Positions 52,073 to 64,000 of a stretch of 64,000 nt of DNA are shown here, piece after piece. Positions within the stretch are counted from its first letter, which is position 1, and each line of letters begins with the position of its first letter. This DNA is from Burkholderiales bacterium (GTDB lineage Bacteria > Pseudomonadota > Gammaproteobacteria > Burkholderiales > SG8-41): NCBI GenBank assembly GCA_036397875.1, contig DASWIC010000048.1:6920-70919 (forward strand). Direction: 5' to 3'. The notes under the pieces are model-generated. The model did not search any database. It saw only the letters and a program-made list of their open reading frames with translations, and was not told where the DNA came from. The translations under genes and the position numbers were made by a program.

Positions 52073-52600
52073 ATGGACAGGATCTCGGAATGTATGGACG
52101 GCGAGCTGAAGAAACACGAGACACGCGTTCTGGTCGAGTGCATCAAGCAGGACACCGAGTTGCGACATTGCTGGGATACTTTCCACCTCATCGGCGACGT
52201 GATGCGCGGCGAACCGGCGCTGTCGGAGGAATTCGAGCGCCGGGTGGCCGAGCGGCTCGCCCACGAGCCGACGATACTGGCGCCGCGGACCCCAACCGTG
52301 AGGCGGTTTGCGACCTACGCCCTGTCGGCCGCGGCTTCGCTGTCCGCGATTACCCTGGTCTGGTGGATGGCGTTTTTCAACAACCCCCTCGTCCCTCAGC
52401 CTGAAATCGCCCAAGTCCCGATCACCCCCTCGCCCATAGCAGCAGTCCCTCCCTCCGAGCAGTTGGCCAGCGTTCCCAGCGACGGGACGATGAATGAATA
52501 TCTGATCGCGCACCAGGAATTCTCGCCGAGCAGCGAGATCCAGGGCCTCGCCCCCTACATCCGCGGCGTGTCGAGCCTGCAATCGCCCAAGGGCCGCTAG
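52073..52600 (+). CDS. rseA: Anti-sigma-E factor RseA/MucA
   Basis: N-terminal anti-sigma domain MDRISECMDGEL…W.TFHLIGDVMRGE; a TM segment in the middle. Confidence 0.85.
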   Translation: MDRISECMDGELKKHETRVLVECIKQDTELRHCWDTFHLIGDVMRGEPALSEEFERRVAERLAHEPTILAPRTPTVRRFATYALSAAASLSAITLVWWMAFFNNPLVPQPEIAQVPITPSPIAAVPPSEQLASVPSDGTMNEYLIAHQEFSPSSEIQGLAPYIRGVSSLQSPKGR

Positions 52601-52676
52601 TGCCCTGGTAACCCGGATACGATAGGAACGGTATGACCAGGCTCGCGGCAGCAGGCAAGTCACGGCGCGTCCGCAA

Positions 52677-53669
52677 ATGCCGGACAGGAGCGGCGCGAGC
52701 GTGATATCCGTCTGGTTCTTCGTTCTCCTGGGACTCGTCGCGCCGGCTCTCGCGGCGGAGCAGGACGGGCTCACGTGGCTGACCAAGATGGCGAACGCAT
52801 CGCGCCGGCTGAATTACAGCGGCACCTTCGTCTACCAGCATGGTGACCGCATCGAAACCTCCCGCATCGTCCATTTCGTCAACCCCGCGGGGGGCGAGTT
52901 CGAGAAGCTCGAGACGCTCGACGGGCCGGCCCGCGAGGTGATCCGCACCAACGACCAGGTCAGCTGCTATCTGCCGGATGCAAAGATCGTGATCGTCGAG
53001 AAGCGCAGCGCGCACCGCTTCCCGGCGCTGTTTCCGGAGCCACTGGTCGGCGTCGCCGACAACTACACGGTGGTCGCAGCCGGCAGGGACCGCGTGGCGG
53101 GCTATGATTGCCAGGTGGTCGAGCTCGAGCCCAAAGACCGCCTGCGCTACGGCCACCAGTTCTGCGCCGAGGCACGCTCGGGGCTGCCGTTGCGGGCGCG
53201 TACCTTCAGCGAGAACAAGCGGCCGCTCGAGTCATTCGCGTTTACCGAAGTACAACTGGGCGGCCGCTTCAGTCGCGATCAGGTGCGGTCGCGCTATGCG
53301 GCGAAAAGCCGGAACTGGAAAGTCGATCATTCGGCACTGGTATTGAGCGATGTGCCGGCCGACACCGGATGGACGCTGACGCGGCAGCCGGCGGGATTCA
53401 AGAAGCTGACCGAGCTGAAACGCTCCATTGCCGGTCGCAGCAACGTGGTGTCCCATATCGTGTATTCCGACGGGCTGGCCGCGATCTCGGTGTTCATCGA
53501 GCCGCTGCCCAAGACCCGCCTGGCCAGAAGTCTCTCGCATCAGGGGGCCGTCAACATCTACGTCCGTCCAGTAGCGGACCACATGGTGACGGTGCTGGGA
53601 GAAACGCCCGCTGCGACGGTAATGCAGATCGCGAACTCGCTCGAATTCAGGAGTGGACGGGGCAGGTAA
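52677..53669 (+). CDS. rseB: Sigma-E regulatory protein RseB/MucB
   Basis: Signal peptide, LNYSGTFVYQHGDRIETSRIVH typical of MucB/RseB; 330 aa. Confidence 0.88.
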   Translation: MPDRSGASVISVWFFVLLGLVAPALAAEQDGLTWLTKMANASRRLNYSGTFVYQHGDRIETSRIVHFVNPAGGEFEKLETLDGPAREVIRTNDQVSCYLPDAKIVIVEKRSAHRFPALFPEPLVGVADNYTVVAAGRDRVAGYDCQVVELEPKDRLRYGHQFCAEARSGLPLRARTFSENKRPLESFAFTEVQLGGRFSRDQVRSRYAAKSRNWKVDHSALVLSDVPADTGWTLTRQPAGFKKLTELKRSIAGRSNVVSHIVYSDGLAAISVFIEPLPKTRLARSLSHQGAVNIYVRPVADHMVTVLGETPAATVMQIANSLEFRSGRGR

Positions 53670-53731
53670 CGTTACTGGCGTTCCTGGCCGCGGCCTGTTC
53701 CGGAACCGGTTCTAGACTATCGAGATTGATT

Positions 53732-55117
53732 ATGCTCAAGCGTTTAATCCTTGCGCTGCTCCTGCTTGCAGCGCCGGTCGCATTCGCCGCGCAACTGCCC
53801 GATTTCACCGAGCTGGTCGAGAAGCAGGGACCGGCGGTGGTGAACATCAGCACCACGCAGTCGGTACGCAACCCCCTTCTGCCCCAGTTACCCAACCTGC
53901 AGGAGGACGACCCGTTCTACGAGTTCTTCCGGCGCTTCTCCCCGCAACCGGGGCCGCGCGAGTTCCATTCGCAGTCGCTCGGCTCGGGTTTCATCATCAG
54001 TCAGGACGGCTACATCCTCACCAACGCCCACGTGGTCGAGTCCGCCGAAGAAATCACCGTGAAGCTCAACGACAAGCGCGAATTCAAGGCCAAGGTCATC
54101 GGCTCCGACCGCCGTACGGACGTCGCGCTGATCAAGATCGAGGCGAGCGGCCTGCCCGCGGTCCGGTTCGGGGACCCAGGCAAGCTCCGGGTCGGCGAAT
54201 GGGTGCTGGCGATCGGCTCGCCCTTCGGGTTCGAGAACACGGTGACGGCCGGCATCGTGAGCGCCAAGGGACGCTCGCTGCCGCAGGAAAACTACGTACC
54301 TTTCATACAGACCGACGTGGCCGTCAATCCCGGCAACTCGGGCGGGCCGCTGTTCAATTTGCGGGGTGAAGTGGTGGGCGTCAACTCGCAGATCTACAGC
54401 CGCACCGGCGGCTTCATGGGGCTCTCCTTCGCGATACCGATCGACGTCGCCAACGACATTGCACGGCAGTTGCGCACCACGGGCAGGGTGACACGCGGTC
54501 GGATCGGCGTCGTGATCCAGCCGCTCTCCAAGGAACTGGCCGACGGCTTCGGTCTGGCGCGTCCGCAGGGTGCGCTGGTCAATTCGGTCGAGAAGGGCGG
54601 GCCCGCCGACAAGGCGGGTATCGAAGCCGGCGACGTCATCCTGCGCTTCGACGGGAAGGCCGTGGCGTCCTCGGGGGACCTGCCGCGGATAGTGGGTGCG
54701 ACGCGTCCAGGCAGCAGCGTAACGATGCAGATCTGGCGCAACAAGAACCCGCGCGACGTGCAGGTGGTGGTGGCCGAAATGCAGGACGAGCGCGCGGCGC
54801 GGCTCGGACGGCGGGGCAGCAAGCCGCCGGCCGCGGTACCGAGTCAGTACGGGCTGGCGCTGTCCGACCTGACCGATGCCCAGAGGAGCGAGCTCAAGGT
54901 TTCCGGTGGCGTGCTGGTCGAAAACGTGCAGGGCGCGGGCCAGCGCGCGGGCGTGCGCCGCGGTGACGTGATTCTCGCGGTCAACAATCAGGACGTGAAG
55001 TCGGTCGAGCAGTTCAACGAGATGATGGGTCAGTTCGATAAGGACAGCATCGTCGCGCTGTTGATCCGCCGCGGGACCAATTCGCTCTACGTCCCGTTCC
55101 GCGTCGACGTCGGCTGA
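53732..55117 (+). CDS. degP: Periplasmic serine endoprotease DegP/MucD (HtrA family, two PDZ domains; start re-set to MLKRLILALLL)
   Basis: Catalytic triad contexts TNAHV, DVALIK, GNSGGPL. Two PDZ regions. Confidence 0.92.
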   Translation: MLKRLILALLLLAAPVAFAAQLPDFTELVEKQGPAVVNISTTQSVRNPLLPQLPNLQEDDPFYEFFRRFSPQPGPREFHSQSLGSGFIISQDGYILTNAHVVESAEEITVKLNDKREFKAKVIGSDRRTDVALIKIEASGLPAVRFGDPGKLRVGEWVLAIGSPFGFENTVTAGIVSAKGRSLPQENYVPFIQTDVAVNPGNSGGPLFNLRGEVVGVNSQIYSRTGGFMGLSFAIPIDVANDIARQLRTTGRVTRGRIGVVIQPLSKELADGFGLARPQGALVNSVEKGGPADKAGIEAGDVILRFDGKAVASSGDLPRIVGATRPGSSVTMQIWRNKNPRDVQVVVAEMQDERAARLGRRGSKPPAAVPSQYGLALSDLTDAQRSELKVSGGVLVENVQGAGQRAGVRRGDVILAVNNQDVKSVEQFNEMMGQFDKDSIVALLIRRGTNSLYVPFRVDVG

Positions 55118-55240
55118 CGCGCCGCGGGCGCGGACCCCGAGCCCGGCTCGACCCCCGCGCGGCTCGGGCGTAGCTGGCTAAGTCGTTCTGATTTCGGATA
55201 AAATACGCTGCTTTAGGGGCACTTACCGGTGCCCTTTTCC

Positions 55241-57027
<1,787 letters not shown>

Positions 57028-57031
<4 letters not shown>

Positions 57032-57123
57032 TGGGTAATGGGTGATGAGTAATGTGTAAAGCGCCAGAGCGGTTGAGTTGGGTATTCGTCCCAACCCATT
57101 ACCCATTACTCATTACCCATTAC
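57028..57123. repeat. Palindromic element in the lepA-lepB spacer: 27-nt inverted arms made of tandem heptamers (gtaatgg-type), with an inner small hairpin
   Basis: Left arm: gtaatgg gtaatgg gtgatga gtaatg (57028-57054). Right arm: cattacccattactcattacccattac (57097-57123). By my count 24 of 27 positions are complementary. The inner hairpin is gttggg-tattcgt-cccaac. The lepA stop TAA (57029-57031) lies inside the left arm. Confidence 0.75.
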
Positions 57124-57137
57124 CGGACGGTGGCGGA

Positions 57138-57941
57138 GTGAATTTCGCCCTCATTCTTTTCCTGCTTCTGGTCGCGACCGGGGCGGTGTGGCTGCTCGAC
57201 CGCTACTGGCTGCGCCTGCGGCGCGCGGCGGGCCGGCCCGAACCGTGGTGGGTGGAGTATCCGAAGAGCTTCTTCCCGGTGATCCTCGTCGTGTTCCTGC
57301 TGCGCTCATTCCTGGTCGAGCCCTTCAAGATCCCCTCGGGATCGATGCTGCCCACCCTGCTGGTGGGCGATTTCATCCTGGTCAACAAGTTCACATACGG
57401 GATCCGGCTCCCGATCGTCAACGTCAAGATCGCCGACCTCAACGCGCCGCGACGCGGGGAGGTGATGGTCTTCCGCTACCCGGAAAATCCGGCGCTCGAT
57501 TACATCAAGCGCGTCGTGGGGCTGCCGGGCGATCGCATTGCCTACCGCAACAAGCGGCTGTCCATCAATGACCACGAGATCGCGGTCCGCGCGGACGGAG
57601 AATACCGCTACATCGAGTCCGGGCTCAATATCATCGCGGCCCAGCGCATGACTGAAACGCTGGGAGAGCACAAGCATGCGGTGCTGCTGCAGGCGGAGAT
57701 TCCAAGCGTGCACCTGTCGGGAGTGCGGCACTTTCCTTTCCGCGAAAATTGCGCCTACAATGAGACGGGCTTCACGTGCACCGTGCCGCCGGGGCATTAC
57801 TTCCTGATGGGGGACAATCGCGACAGCAGCAGCGACAGCCGCTACTGGGGGTTCGTGCCCGAGACGCACATCGTCGGCAAGGCGTTTCTGATCTGGTGGA
57901 ATTTTGACGACTTCAAGCGGATCGGACAGCTCATCAACTGA
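57138..57941 (+). CDS. lepB: Signal peptidase I (GTG start; the track ORF start at 57078 translates the repeat)
   Basis: SGSMLPTL (catalytic Ser), GDNRDSSSDSRYWGFVP; N-terminal TM helix. Confidence 0.92.
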   Translation: MNFALILFLLLVATGAVWLLDRYWLRLRRAAGRPEPWWVEYPKSFFPVILVVFLLRSFLVEPFKIPSGSMLPTLLVGDFILVNKFTYGIRLPIVNVKIADLNAPRRGEVMVFRYPENPALDYIKRVVGLPGDRIAYRNKRLSINDHEIAVRADGEYRYIESGLNIIAAQRMTETLGEHKHAVLLQAEIPSVHLSGVRHFPFRENCAYNETGFTCTVPPGHYFLMGDNRDSSSDSRYWGFVPETHIVGKAFLIWWNFDDFKRIGQLIN

Positions 57942-57953
57942 GAAGGGTGGAAC

Positions 57954-58310
57954 ATGCGTGGACAGAAAGGCATCACCTTATCGGGCCTCCTGCTGTGGTC
58001 GGTGGTACTGGTCTTCGCCGCATTGCTCCTCTTCAAGATCGGCCCGCCGTATATCGAATTTCTGTCTATCCAGGCGAATTTGAAAGCCGTCGCCAACGAT
58101 CCCGAAGGGCGCGCGGGGGTGCGGCGGGTGGTCGAGGACCTGTTCGACCGGCGCTCGGCGATCGATAACATCTCCTCGGTAAAAGCCACCGACATCATCA
58201 TCACCAAATCGGGCGACGGCGTGGTGCTGAGCTTCGAATACACGGTGTGCGTGCCGGTCGTATTCAATATCCGGGCCTGCATGGACTATCACCCGACATC
58301 GAGCAAATAA
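57954..58310 (+). CDS. DUF4845-like small membrane-anchored protein commonly found between lepB and rnc
   Basis: 118 aa with N-terminal TM GITLSGLLLWSVVLVFAALLLFKIGPPYIEF. The position is conserved. The family assignment is from memory. Confidence 0.65.
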   Translation: MRGQKGITLSGLLLWSVVLVFAALLLFKIGPPYIEFLSIQANLKAVANDPEGRAGVRRVVEDLFDRRSAIDNISSVKATDIIITKSGDGVVLSFEYTVCVPVVFNIRACMDYHPTSSK

Positions 58311-58337
58311 GGCCCGCATGCGGCAACCGACCGACTG

Positions 58338-59009
58338 ATGGAACGGGAGGATTTCGATCTCAGCATCGGTCGTCGCTTTTCCGATCCGGAACTGCTGCGC
58401 CGGGCGCTGACCCACCGCAGCCACGGCCCGGCTCACAATGAGCGCCTGGAGTACCTCGGCGACAGCGTGTTGAATTGCGTCGTGGCGCTCGAACTGTACC
58501 ACAAGTTTCCCGGCCTTCCCGAGGGCGAGCTGTCACGGCTGCGCGCCAATCTGGTCAACCAGTCGTCGCTTGCCGCCATCGCGCAGCGATTCGCCTTTGG
58601 CGGGCGGCTGCGGCTGGGGGAGGGCGAGCTGAAGAGCGGCGGGGCGCGGCGCCCGTCCATCCTCGCCGATGCGGTCGAGGCGGTGGTCGGCGCCGCGTTC
58701 CTGGACGGCGGCTTCACCGCAGCCCGGGATGTCGTGCTGGTCATGCTGGGAGCCGAGCTCTCCGAGATCGATCCCGCGGTCTCGGGGAAGGATCCCAAGA
58801 CGCTGCTGCAGGAGTATTTGCAGGGCCGCAGGCTCGCGCTGCCGCTGTACTGCGTGGTCGCGACGCGCGGCGAGGCGCACGAGCAGCAATTCCAGGTCGA
58901 ATGCGCCATTCCCGAGCTTGGCCTCCGTACCGTGGGCGAAGGCGCCAGCCGGAGAAGCGCCGAGCAGGAGGCGGCGCGCCAGGCCTATGAGCTTGCGAGC
59001 CGCGCCTGA
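58338..59009 (+). CDS. rnc: Ribonuclease III
   Basis: Signature [11 protein letters not shown]; C-terminal dsRBD. Confidence 0.95.
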   Translation: MEREDFDLSIGRRFSDPELLRRALTHRSHGPAHNERLEYLGDSVLNCVVALELYHKFPGLPEGELSRLRANLVNQSSLAAIAQRFAFGGRLRLGEGELKSGGARRPSILADAVEAVVGAAFLDGGFTAARDVVLVMLGAELSEIDPAVSGKDPKTLLQEYLQGRRLALPLYCVVATRGEAHEQQFQVECAIPELGLRTVGEGASRRSAEQEAARQAYELASRA

Positions 59010-59901
59010 GGCCGGCGGGGCGCATCGCTCCGGCCGGGTGGCGCTGGTGGGACGGCCCAATGTCGGCAAGTCGACGCTGCTCAACCATCTGGTCGGCAGC
59101 AGGATCAGCATTACCTCCGGCCGGCCACAGACGACGCGCCAGCGCGTGACGGGCATCGTCACCCGGCCCGACGCGCAAATCGAGTTCGTCGACACCCCCG
59201 GGTTCCAGACGGAGCATCGGTCCGCCCTCAACAGCGCCATGAACCGCAGCGTGACGGCGGGGCTCAAGGATGTCGACGCCGTCGTCTGGCTGGTGGAGCC
59301 GCTGCAATACGGCGAGCGCGACGCGGCCGTGGCGGCGCTGCTTCCCCGCGGCATTCCGGTGGTCGTGGCAATCAACAAAACGGACACCCTCGGGGACAAG
59401 GCGCGTCTGCTTCCGTTCATCGCGCGGCTCGCGGAGCTGCGCGCGTTCGAGGCGATCATCCCGATATCGGCGGCAAAGGGCTGGCAGACGCGAGAGCTGC
59501 TCGATGCGATCGTGCGGCTGCTGCCGGAAGGCCCGCCCCTCCACGACGAGGATGACATCACCACCGCGAGCGAACGCTTTCTGGCGGCGGAGCTGCTGCG
59601 AGAGAAATTGTTCCGCCGGCTCGGCGACGAACTGCCGTACGCATCGAGCGTCGAGATCGAGCACTTCAAGCAGGAGCGGGGGCTGCGCACCATCCACGCC
59701 TCGATCGTCGTCGACAAGGAGGGCCAGAAGGCCATCGTGATCGGCAAGGGCGGATTGCAGCTGAAAAACATCGCCACCCAGGCGCGCCGGGACATGGAGC
59801 AGTTGTTCGGAGGCAAGGTTTTCCTCGAAGTGTGGGTCAAGGTGAAGCGCGGGTGGGCCGAAAGCGCGGCAACCCTCAGGCGATTGGGATTCGATGATTG
59901 A
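58987..59901 (+). CDS. era: GTPase Era (23-nt overlap with rnc; start re-set)
   Basis: G1 [11 protein letters not shown]3 DTPG, G4 NKTD, C-terminal KH domain. Confidence 0.93.
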   Translation: MSLRAAPEAGGAHRSGRVALVGRPNVGKSTLLNHLVGSRISITSGRPQTTRQRVTGIVTRPDAQIEFVDTPGFQTEHRSALNSAMNRSVTAGLKDVDAVVWLVEPLQYGERDAAVAALLPRGIPVVVAINKTDTLGDKARLLPFIARLAELRAFEAIIPISAAKGWQTRELLDAIVRLLPEGPPLHDEDDITTASERFLAAELLREKLFRRLGDELPYASSVEIEHFKQERGLRTIHASIVVDKEGQKAIVIGKGGLQLKNIATQARRDMEQLFGGKVFLEVWVKVKRGWAESAATLRRLGFDD

Positions 59902-59917
59902 AAAATAAGGGCGGGGG

Positions 59918-60640
59918 ATGAGGGAAAGGTCCCGGCAGGACGGCCAACCGGGCTTCGTGCTGCATCATTACGCGTACCGCGAGTCGAGCTTGATCGTGGA
60001 AGCCATTAGCCGCGACCACGGGCGCGTGGCACTCATGGCGCGGGGCGCTCGCCGTCCCAAATCGGCGCTGCGCGGAACCCTGCTTTCGTTTCAGCCGCTG
60101 CTCCTGTCGTGGAGCGGACGCACCGAGTTGCGCACCCTGACACGGGCCGAGTGGCAGGGAGCTTACCGTCCGCTCAAGGGGCAGGCGTTGATCTGCGGCT
60201 TCTATCTCAACGAGCTACTGCTGAAGCTGCTCGCGCGCGATGATCCGCACGAGCAGCTCTACCGGATCTACGAGGAAACGCTTGTCGCGCTCGGGCAGGG
60301 CGGCGAGCAATCGCCGGTGCTGCGGAGTTTTGAAATAAGCTTGCTGCGCGAACTCGGCTACGCGGTCATTCTCGACCGCGACGTCGAGCGCGACGAGCCG
60401 GTAGCGCGCGAGTGCAGCTACGTCTATGTCGTCGAGCGCGGCCCGGTCAGCGCGGCCGGGGCACCGCGAAACGGGGTAGAATTGTCCGGCCAGACGCTGC
60501 TCGACATGCAGTCCGGCGTTTTCACCAGCGCAGCGACGCAGCAGCAGAGCAAGCTGTTGATGCGAACGCTGATCAATCACTGCCTCGGCGACCAGGTCCT
60601 GCACACCAGGCAGCTGCTGCGCGACCTGCAGGAGCTGTGA
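59918..60640 (+). CDS. recO: DNA repair protein RecO
   Basis: 240 aa, OB-fold N-terminus (GFVLHHYAYRESSLIV), position era-recO-pdxJ. Confidence 0.88.
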   Translation: MRERSRQDGQPGFVLHHYAYRESSLIVEAISRDHGRVALMARGARRPKSALRGTLLSFQPLLLSWSGRTELRTLTRAEWQGAYRPLKGQALICGFYLNELLLKLLARDDPHEQLYRIYEETLVALGQGGEQSPVLRSFEISLLRELGYAVILDRDVERDEPVARECSYVYVVERGPVSAAGAPRNGVELSGQTLLDMQSGVFTSAATQQQSKLLMRTLINHCLGDQVLHTRQLLRDLQEL

Positions 60641-61369
60641 GTGAGCACGATTCTGCTGGGCGTCAATATCGACCACGTCGCGACCCTGCGCCAGGCGCGT
60701 GGCACGGCTTACCCCGATCCGCTGGAAGCGGCACTCGCGGCCGAGGATGGCGGGGCCGATTACATCACGCTGCATCTGCGCGAGGATCGCCGGCACATCC
60801 AGGACCGCGACGTTGTCGAAATGCGCCGGGCATTGCGCACGAGGATGAATCTGGAGGCCGCAGTGACTCCGGACATGATCGCGTTTGCCAGGCGCGTGCG
60901 GCCGCAGGATGTCTGCCTCGTCCCCGAGCGACGCGCCGAGTTGACGACCGAAGGCGGGCTCGACGTGGCGGGCGCATTGAAGCGCGTCGAGCGGGCGTGC
61001 CGGGCTCTGGGCGCGGCCGGGATCCGGGTCTCGCTTTTCATCGATGCCGACCGCAAGCAGGTCGACGCCGCGCTCAAATCCGGCGCTCCCGTCATTGAAT
61101 TGCACACCGGAGGCTACGCCGACGCCCGAGGTCCCGGCGGCCGCCGCAGGGCGCTCGAGAGGATCCGCGCCGCTGCGGAGTATGCGTCGGGCAGGGGCCT
61201 GCTCGTCAACGCCGGGCACGGGCTCAATTACGGGAACGTCGGGCCCATTGCGGCCATTGCCCCGATCCGGGAGCTCAACATCGGTCATGCCATAATCGCC
61301 AGGGCCGTGTTCGTGGGCATCACCCAGGCCGTGCGCGAAATGAAGACGCTGCTCGAGCGCAGCCGATGA
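60641..61369 (+). CDS. pdxJ: Pyridoxine 5'-phosphate synthase (GTG start)
   Basis: [36 protein letters not shown]. Confidence 0.94.
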   Translation: MSTILLGVNIDHVATLRQARGTAYPDPLEAALAAEDGGADYITLHLREDRRHIQDRDVVEMRRALRTRMNLEAAVTPDMIAFARRVRPQDVCLVPERRAELTTEGGLDVAGALKRVERACRALGAAGIRVSLFIDADRKQVDAALKSGAPVIELHTGGYADARGPGGRRRALERIRAAAEYASGRGLLVNAGHGLNYGNVGPIAAIAPIRELNIGHAIIARAVFVGITQAVREMKTLLERSR

Positions 61370-61746
61370 TCTACGGAATCGGCATCGACCTCGTGGAGCC
61401 GCAGCGCATTGCGCGGCTGCGCGAGAAATACGGCGAACGCTTTGCCCGGCGGGTGCTGACACAGCTCGAATGGCCGGGATATACCCGGACCGCCCGGCCG
61501 GTGCTGTTCCTCGCAAACCGGTTCGCGGCCAAGGAGGCCTTCTCCAAGGCGATGGGAACCGGCTTTCGCTACCCGGTGACGCTGCAATGCATTAGCGTGA
61601 TCCAGGAGCGGTCGGGAAAACCCGCCTTCGCGTTTCACGCGACCCTGGAGCAGCTCGTCAGGAGCCGGGGTATTGTCAGGCATCATCTGACGATCAGCGA
61701 CGAGCAGAGCCTCGCCTGTGCCTGCGTGGTGCTGGAGGCGGAATGA
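61366..61746 (+). CDS. acpS: Holo-[acyl-carrier-protein] synthase
   Basis: [21 protein letters not shown]. Confidence 0.92.
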   Translation: MIYGIGIDLVEPQRIARLREKYGERFARRVLTQLEWPGYTRTARPVLFLANRFAAKEAFSKAMGTGFRYPVTLQCISVIQERSGKPAFAFHATLEQLVRSRGIVRHHLTISDEQSLACACVVLEAE

Positions 61747-62807
61747 CGGCGCGCAGCGTTCAGCTCGGTCCGGTCATGCTCGACCTGGAGGGCACCGGTC
61801 TCACCGAGACGGATCGCAAGCGGCTGGGGCATCCCCTCGCGGGCGGAGTGATTCTTTTTTCGCGCAACTTCGCCAGCCTCGGGCAACTGGCAGCGCTGAC
61901 CGAAGCAATCCACGCCTTGCGCAACCCGCCGCTCGTTATCGCGGTCGACCACGAGGGCGGGCGGGTGCAGCGCTTCCGCGATGGATTCACGACGCTCCCC
62001 GCCATGCGCGAGCTCGGATGGACCTGGGACCACGGCCAGCAGCATGCGCGCCAGCTCGCGCAGGAAGTGGGATACGTGCTCGCGGCCGAGCTTCTTGCCC
62101 ACGGCGTGGACCTGAGTTTCGCGCCGGTGCTGGATATCGATTGGCGCTCAAGCAGCGTGATCGGCGATCGGGCATTTCATTCCGATCCGCGCGCAGTTGG
62201 AGAACTCGCGCGCGCGTTGCTCCACGGATTCAGGCAGGCGGGCATGAGCGGGGTTGGCAAGCATTTTCCGGGGCACGGACATGTCGGCGCCGATTCCCAC
62301 CATGAGGTGCCGGTTGACGAGCGCACCTATGAGGAAATCGAGGCGGACGATCTCGCGCCGTTCCGGCGGCTGATCGAGGCCGGGCTCGGCGGCATCATGC
62401 CCGCCCACGTGATTTACCCCCGGGTGGATGACCGCCCGGCAGGTTTCTCCCCGGTATGGCTCAAGCAGGTATTGCGGGGCCGGCTCGGATTCGACGGCGT
62501 GATATTCAGTGACGATCTCAACATGGAGGGCGCCAGCGTCGCGGGTGATGTGACGGAACGGGCCCGCGCGGCCCTTGGCGCCGGCTGCGACATGGTCCTG
62601 CTGTGCAACAACCCGCAGGCAGTGGACGTCCTGCTTGACAAGCTGGACTACGCGATGCCGGCGGTGAGCCTGGCGCGGCTCGCCCGCATGCACGGCAGAC
62701 CGCTGCCGGGGGGCATGGTGCGCCTGCGCGAGGATGCGCGCTACGCCCACGCACTGCACGCCATCGCGGGTATCGGAAGGCGGGACGGCGAACTGCCCCT
62801 TGCCTGA
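61743..62807 (+). CDS. nagZ: Beta-N-acetylhexosaminidase (GH3, peptidoglycan recycling)
   Basis: VDHEGGRVQRF, KHFPGHG, FSDDL motifs. Confidence 0.9.
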   Translation: MTARSVQLGPVMLDLEGTGLTETDRKRLGHPLAGGVILFSRNFASLGQLAALTEAIHALRNPPLVIAVDHEGGRVQRFRDGFTTLPAMRELGWTWDHGQQHARQLAQEVGYVLAAELLAHGVDLSFAPVLDIDWRSSSVIGDRAFHSDPRAVGELARALLHGFRQAGMSGVGKHFPGHGHVGADSHHEVPVDERTYEEIEADDLAPFRRLIEAGLGGIMPAHVIYPRVDDRPAGFSPVWLKQVLRGRLGFDGVIFSDDLNMEGASVAGDVTERARAALGAGCDMVLLCNNPQAVDVLLDKLDYAMPAVSLARLARMHGRPLPGGMVRLREDARYAHALHAIAGIGRRDGELPLA

Positions 62808-63736
62808 TGGCCCCGGCCGCACATTCCCACACGCAGCACCGCCACCAGCGGTCGCGGTTTGTGCTGCCGCTCGTGCTGACCGCGGTTTTCGCGGTGGTCG
62901 AGTTTGGCGGGGGATTGTGGTCGGGTTCGCTCGCGCTGCTTGGCGATGCGGGCCACATGATTTCCGATGCGGTAGCGCTGGGGGTCGCCGCTGTCGCCGC
63001 GTCCCTCGCCCGGCGCCCGCCCGGGCGCGAGCATTCCTACGGCTGGCAGCGCGCGGAAGTCATCGGAGCGCTACTGAATGGCGTGCTGATGCTCGCCATA
63101 GTGGTGACGCTGGTGGTGGAGGCCGTGAGCCGCCTCCTCGCTCCGCGCGAGGTCGCCGCAGAGGCGGTCATTGCGATCGCGGTCATCGGCATGGCGGTCA
63201 ACGTAGCCTGCATCGCGTTGCTGGGCCGCGGCGAACCCGATCTCGGCGCACGCGCAGCGCTTCTGCATGTTTCCGCCGACCTGGCCAGCTCGTTTGCCGT
63301 TCTTGTTACGGGAGTGGTCATCCATTTCACCGGCTGGTTTCCCGTCGACCCGATTCTCTCGCTCGCGATCGGCGCGCTGATCCTGGTGAGCACACAACGC
63401 GTGCTGCGCGACGCGCTGCACGTGTTGATGGAGGGGGTCCCGCCGGCGATGGAGCTCACCGCCATCGGGCAGGCGCTGGCGACGGTCCCCGGGGTAACCG
63501 AGGTGCACGACCTGCACGTCTGGAGCATTACTCCGGGCAGTATTGCGCTGTCGGCGCACCTTGAGATCGCGGATCTTCAACGCTGGCCGGTGATACTCAC
63601 GGAGGCGTCGGCGATGCTGCAGACACGGTACGGCATCGGTCACGTCACGCTGCAACCGGAGGTGCCGGGCTGGCGCGGCGCCGCCGTCGTCCGCGTCTGG
63701 CGAGGCGACTCGGGACCGAGGTCGGGACTCCCCTGA
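62807..63736 (+). CDS. Cation diffusion facilitator family divalent-metal efflux transporter (CzcD/ZitB-like)
   Basis: His-rich N-terminus, TM2 HMISDAVALGV and TM5 HVSADLASS metal-site motifs, C-terminal cytoplasmic domain. Confidence 0.85.
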   Translation: MAPAAHSHTQHRHQRSRFVLPLVLTAVFAVVEFGGGLWSGSLALLGDAGHMISDAVALGVAAVAASLARRPPGREHSYGWQRAEVIGALLNGVLMLAIVVTLVVEAVSRLLAPREVAAEAVIAIAVIGMAVNVACIALLGRGEPDLGARAALLHVSADLASSFAVLVTGVVIHFTGWFPVDPILSLAIGALILVSTQRVLRDALHVLMEGVPPAMELTAIGQALATVPGVTEVHDLHVWSITPGSIALSAHLEIADLQRWPVILTEASAMLQTRYGIGHVTLQPEVPGWRGAAVVRVWRGDSGPRSGLP

Positions 63737-63745
63737 ACCAGCGCG

Positions 63746-64000
63746 CTAGGCGCGCTCGATGTATTCGCCGGTGTCGGTGTTGACGTTGATGCGGCTGCCC
63801 CCCGTGACGAACTGCGGCACCATGACGGTGATGCCGGTGTCGGTCTTGGCGGGCTTGAACGAGCCCGTCGCGGTGGCGCCCTTGAGATTGGGCTCGGTTT
63901 CGGTCACGGTGAGCGTTACGGTCGGGGGCAGTTGGACGCCGATCGGGCGCTCATTGTGAAAATTGACCTGCACGTCGACATTGGGAACCAGATAGCCGGC
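63746..64000 (-). CDS. efp: Elongation factor P, C-terminal part only (the gene continues beyond the window end)
   Basis: …PIGVQLPPTVTLTVTETEPNLKGATATGSFKPAKTDTGITVMVPQFV…GEYIERA matches EF-P domains II/III. Confidence 0.88.
   Translation of the reverse strand, partial: AGYLVPNVDVQVNFHNERPIGVQLPPTVTLTVTETEPNLKGATATGSFKPAKTDTGITVMVPQFVTGGSRINVNTDTGEYIERA

Noticed and set aside
55118-55175. GC-rich hairpins after degP (cgcgcc-gcg-ggcgcg and cccgagcc…ggctcggg) as a possible terminator.
   Set aside because: The stems exist but no T-tract follows. A Rho-independent terminator cannot be supported from sequence alone.

Overview
This is a high-GC (about two-thirds G+C by eye) proteobacterial chromosome segment. 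It is packed almost end to end with core housekeeping genes. The order matches Betaproteobacteria and basal Gammaproteobacteria: SRP RNA-dnaX-ybaB-recR; pilU-prmB; dapD; queF; smc-zipA-ligA-galU; hpt-mtnP-def; map-glnD divergent from rpsB-tsf-pyrH-frr-uppS-cdsA-dxr-rseP-bamA-skp-lpxD-fabZ-lpxA-lpxB-rnhB; ppsR/ppsA; pyrG-kdsA-eno-ftsB-folD; rpoE-rseA-rseB-degP; lepA-lepB-DUF4845-rnc-era-recO-pdxJ-acpS-nagZ; a CDF transporter; and partial efp. I found no tRNA, rRNA, CRISPR array, transposase, integrase, phage gene or recognisable defence gene. I do not see a convincing novel multi-gene system, and most of the window is ordinary core genome. The leads worth a second look are: (1) an A9 slippery tract in dnaX with an immediate -1-frame stop, a likely tau/gamma recoding site; (2) an in-frame patch of about 80 nt at about 30% GC, full of rare codons, inside smc; (3) the only non-core block (44.4-51.3 kb), which holds a 1176-aa fusion of an unrecognised N-terminal domain with GltD/NfnB-like and PyrK/NfnA-like modules, then a class-III aminotransferase divergently paired with an SBP-permease fusion that has no ATPase gene nearby; (4) four long imperfect palindromes that fill intergenic spacers, three of them with arms built from tandem short units. 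Many long ORFs in the six-frame track are antisense or N-terminally over-extended high-GC artefacts and were rejected. All coordinates and counts were made by hand from the sequence and ORF track. Product calls rest on remembered family motifs, not on database searches.
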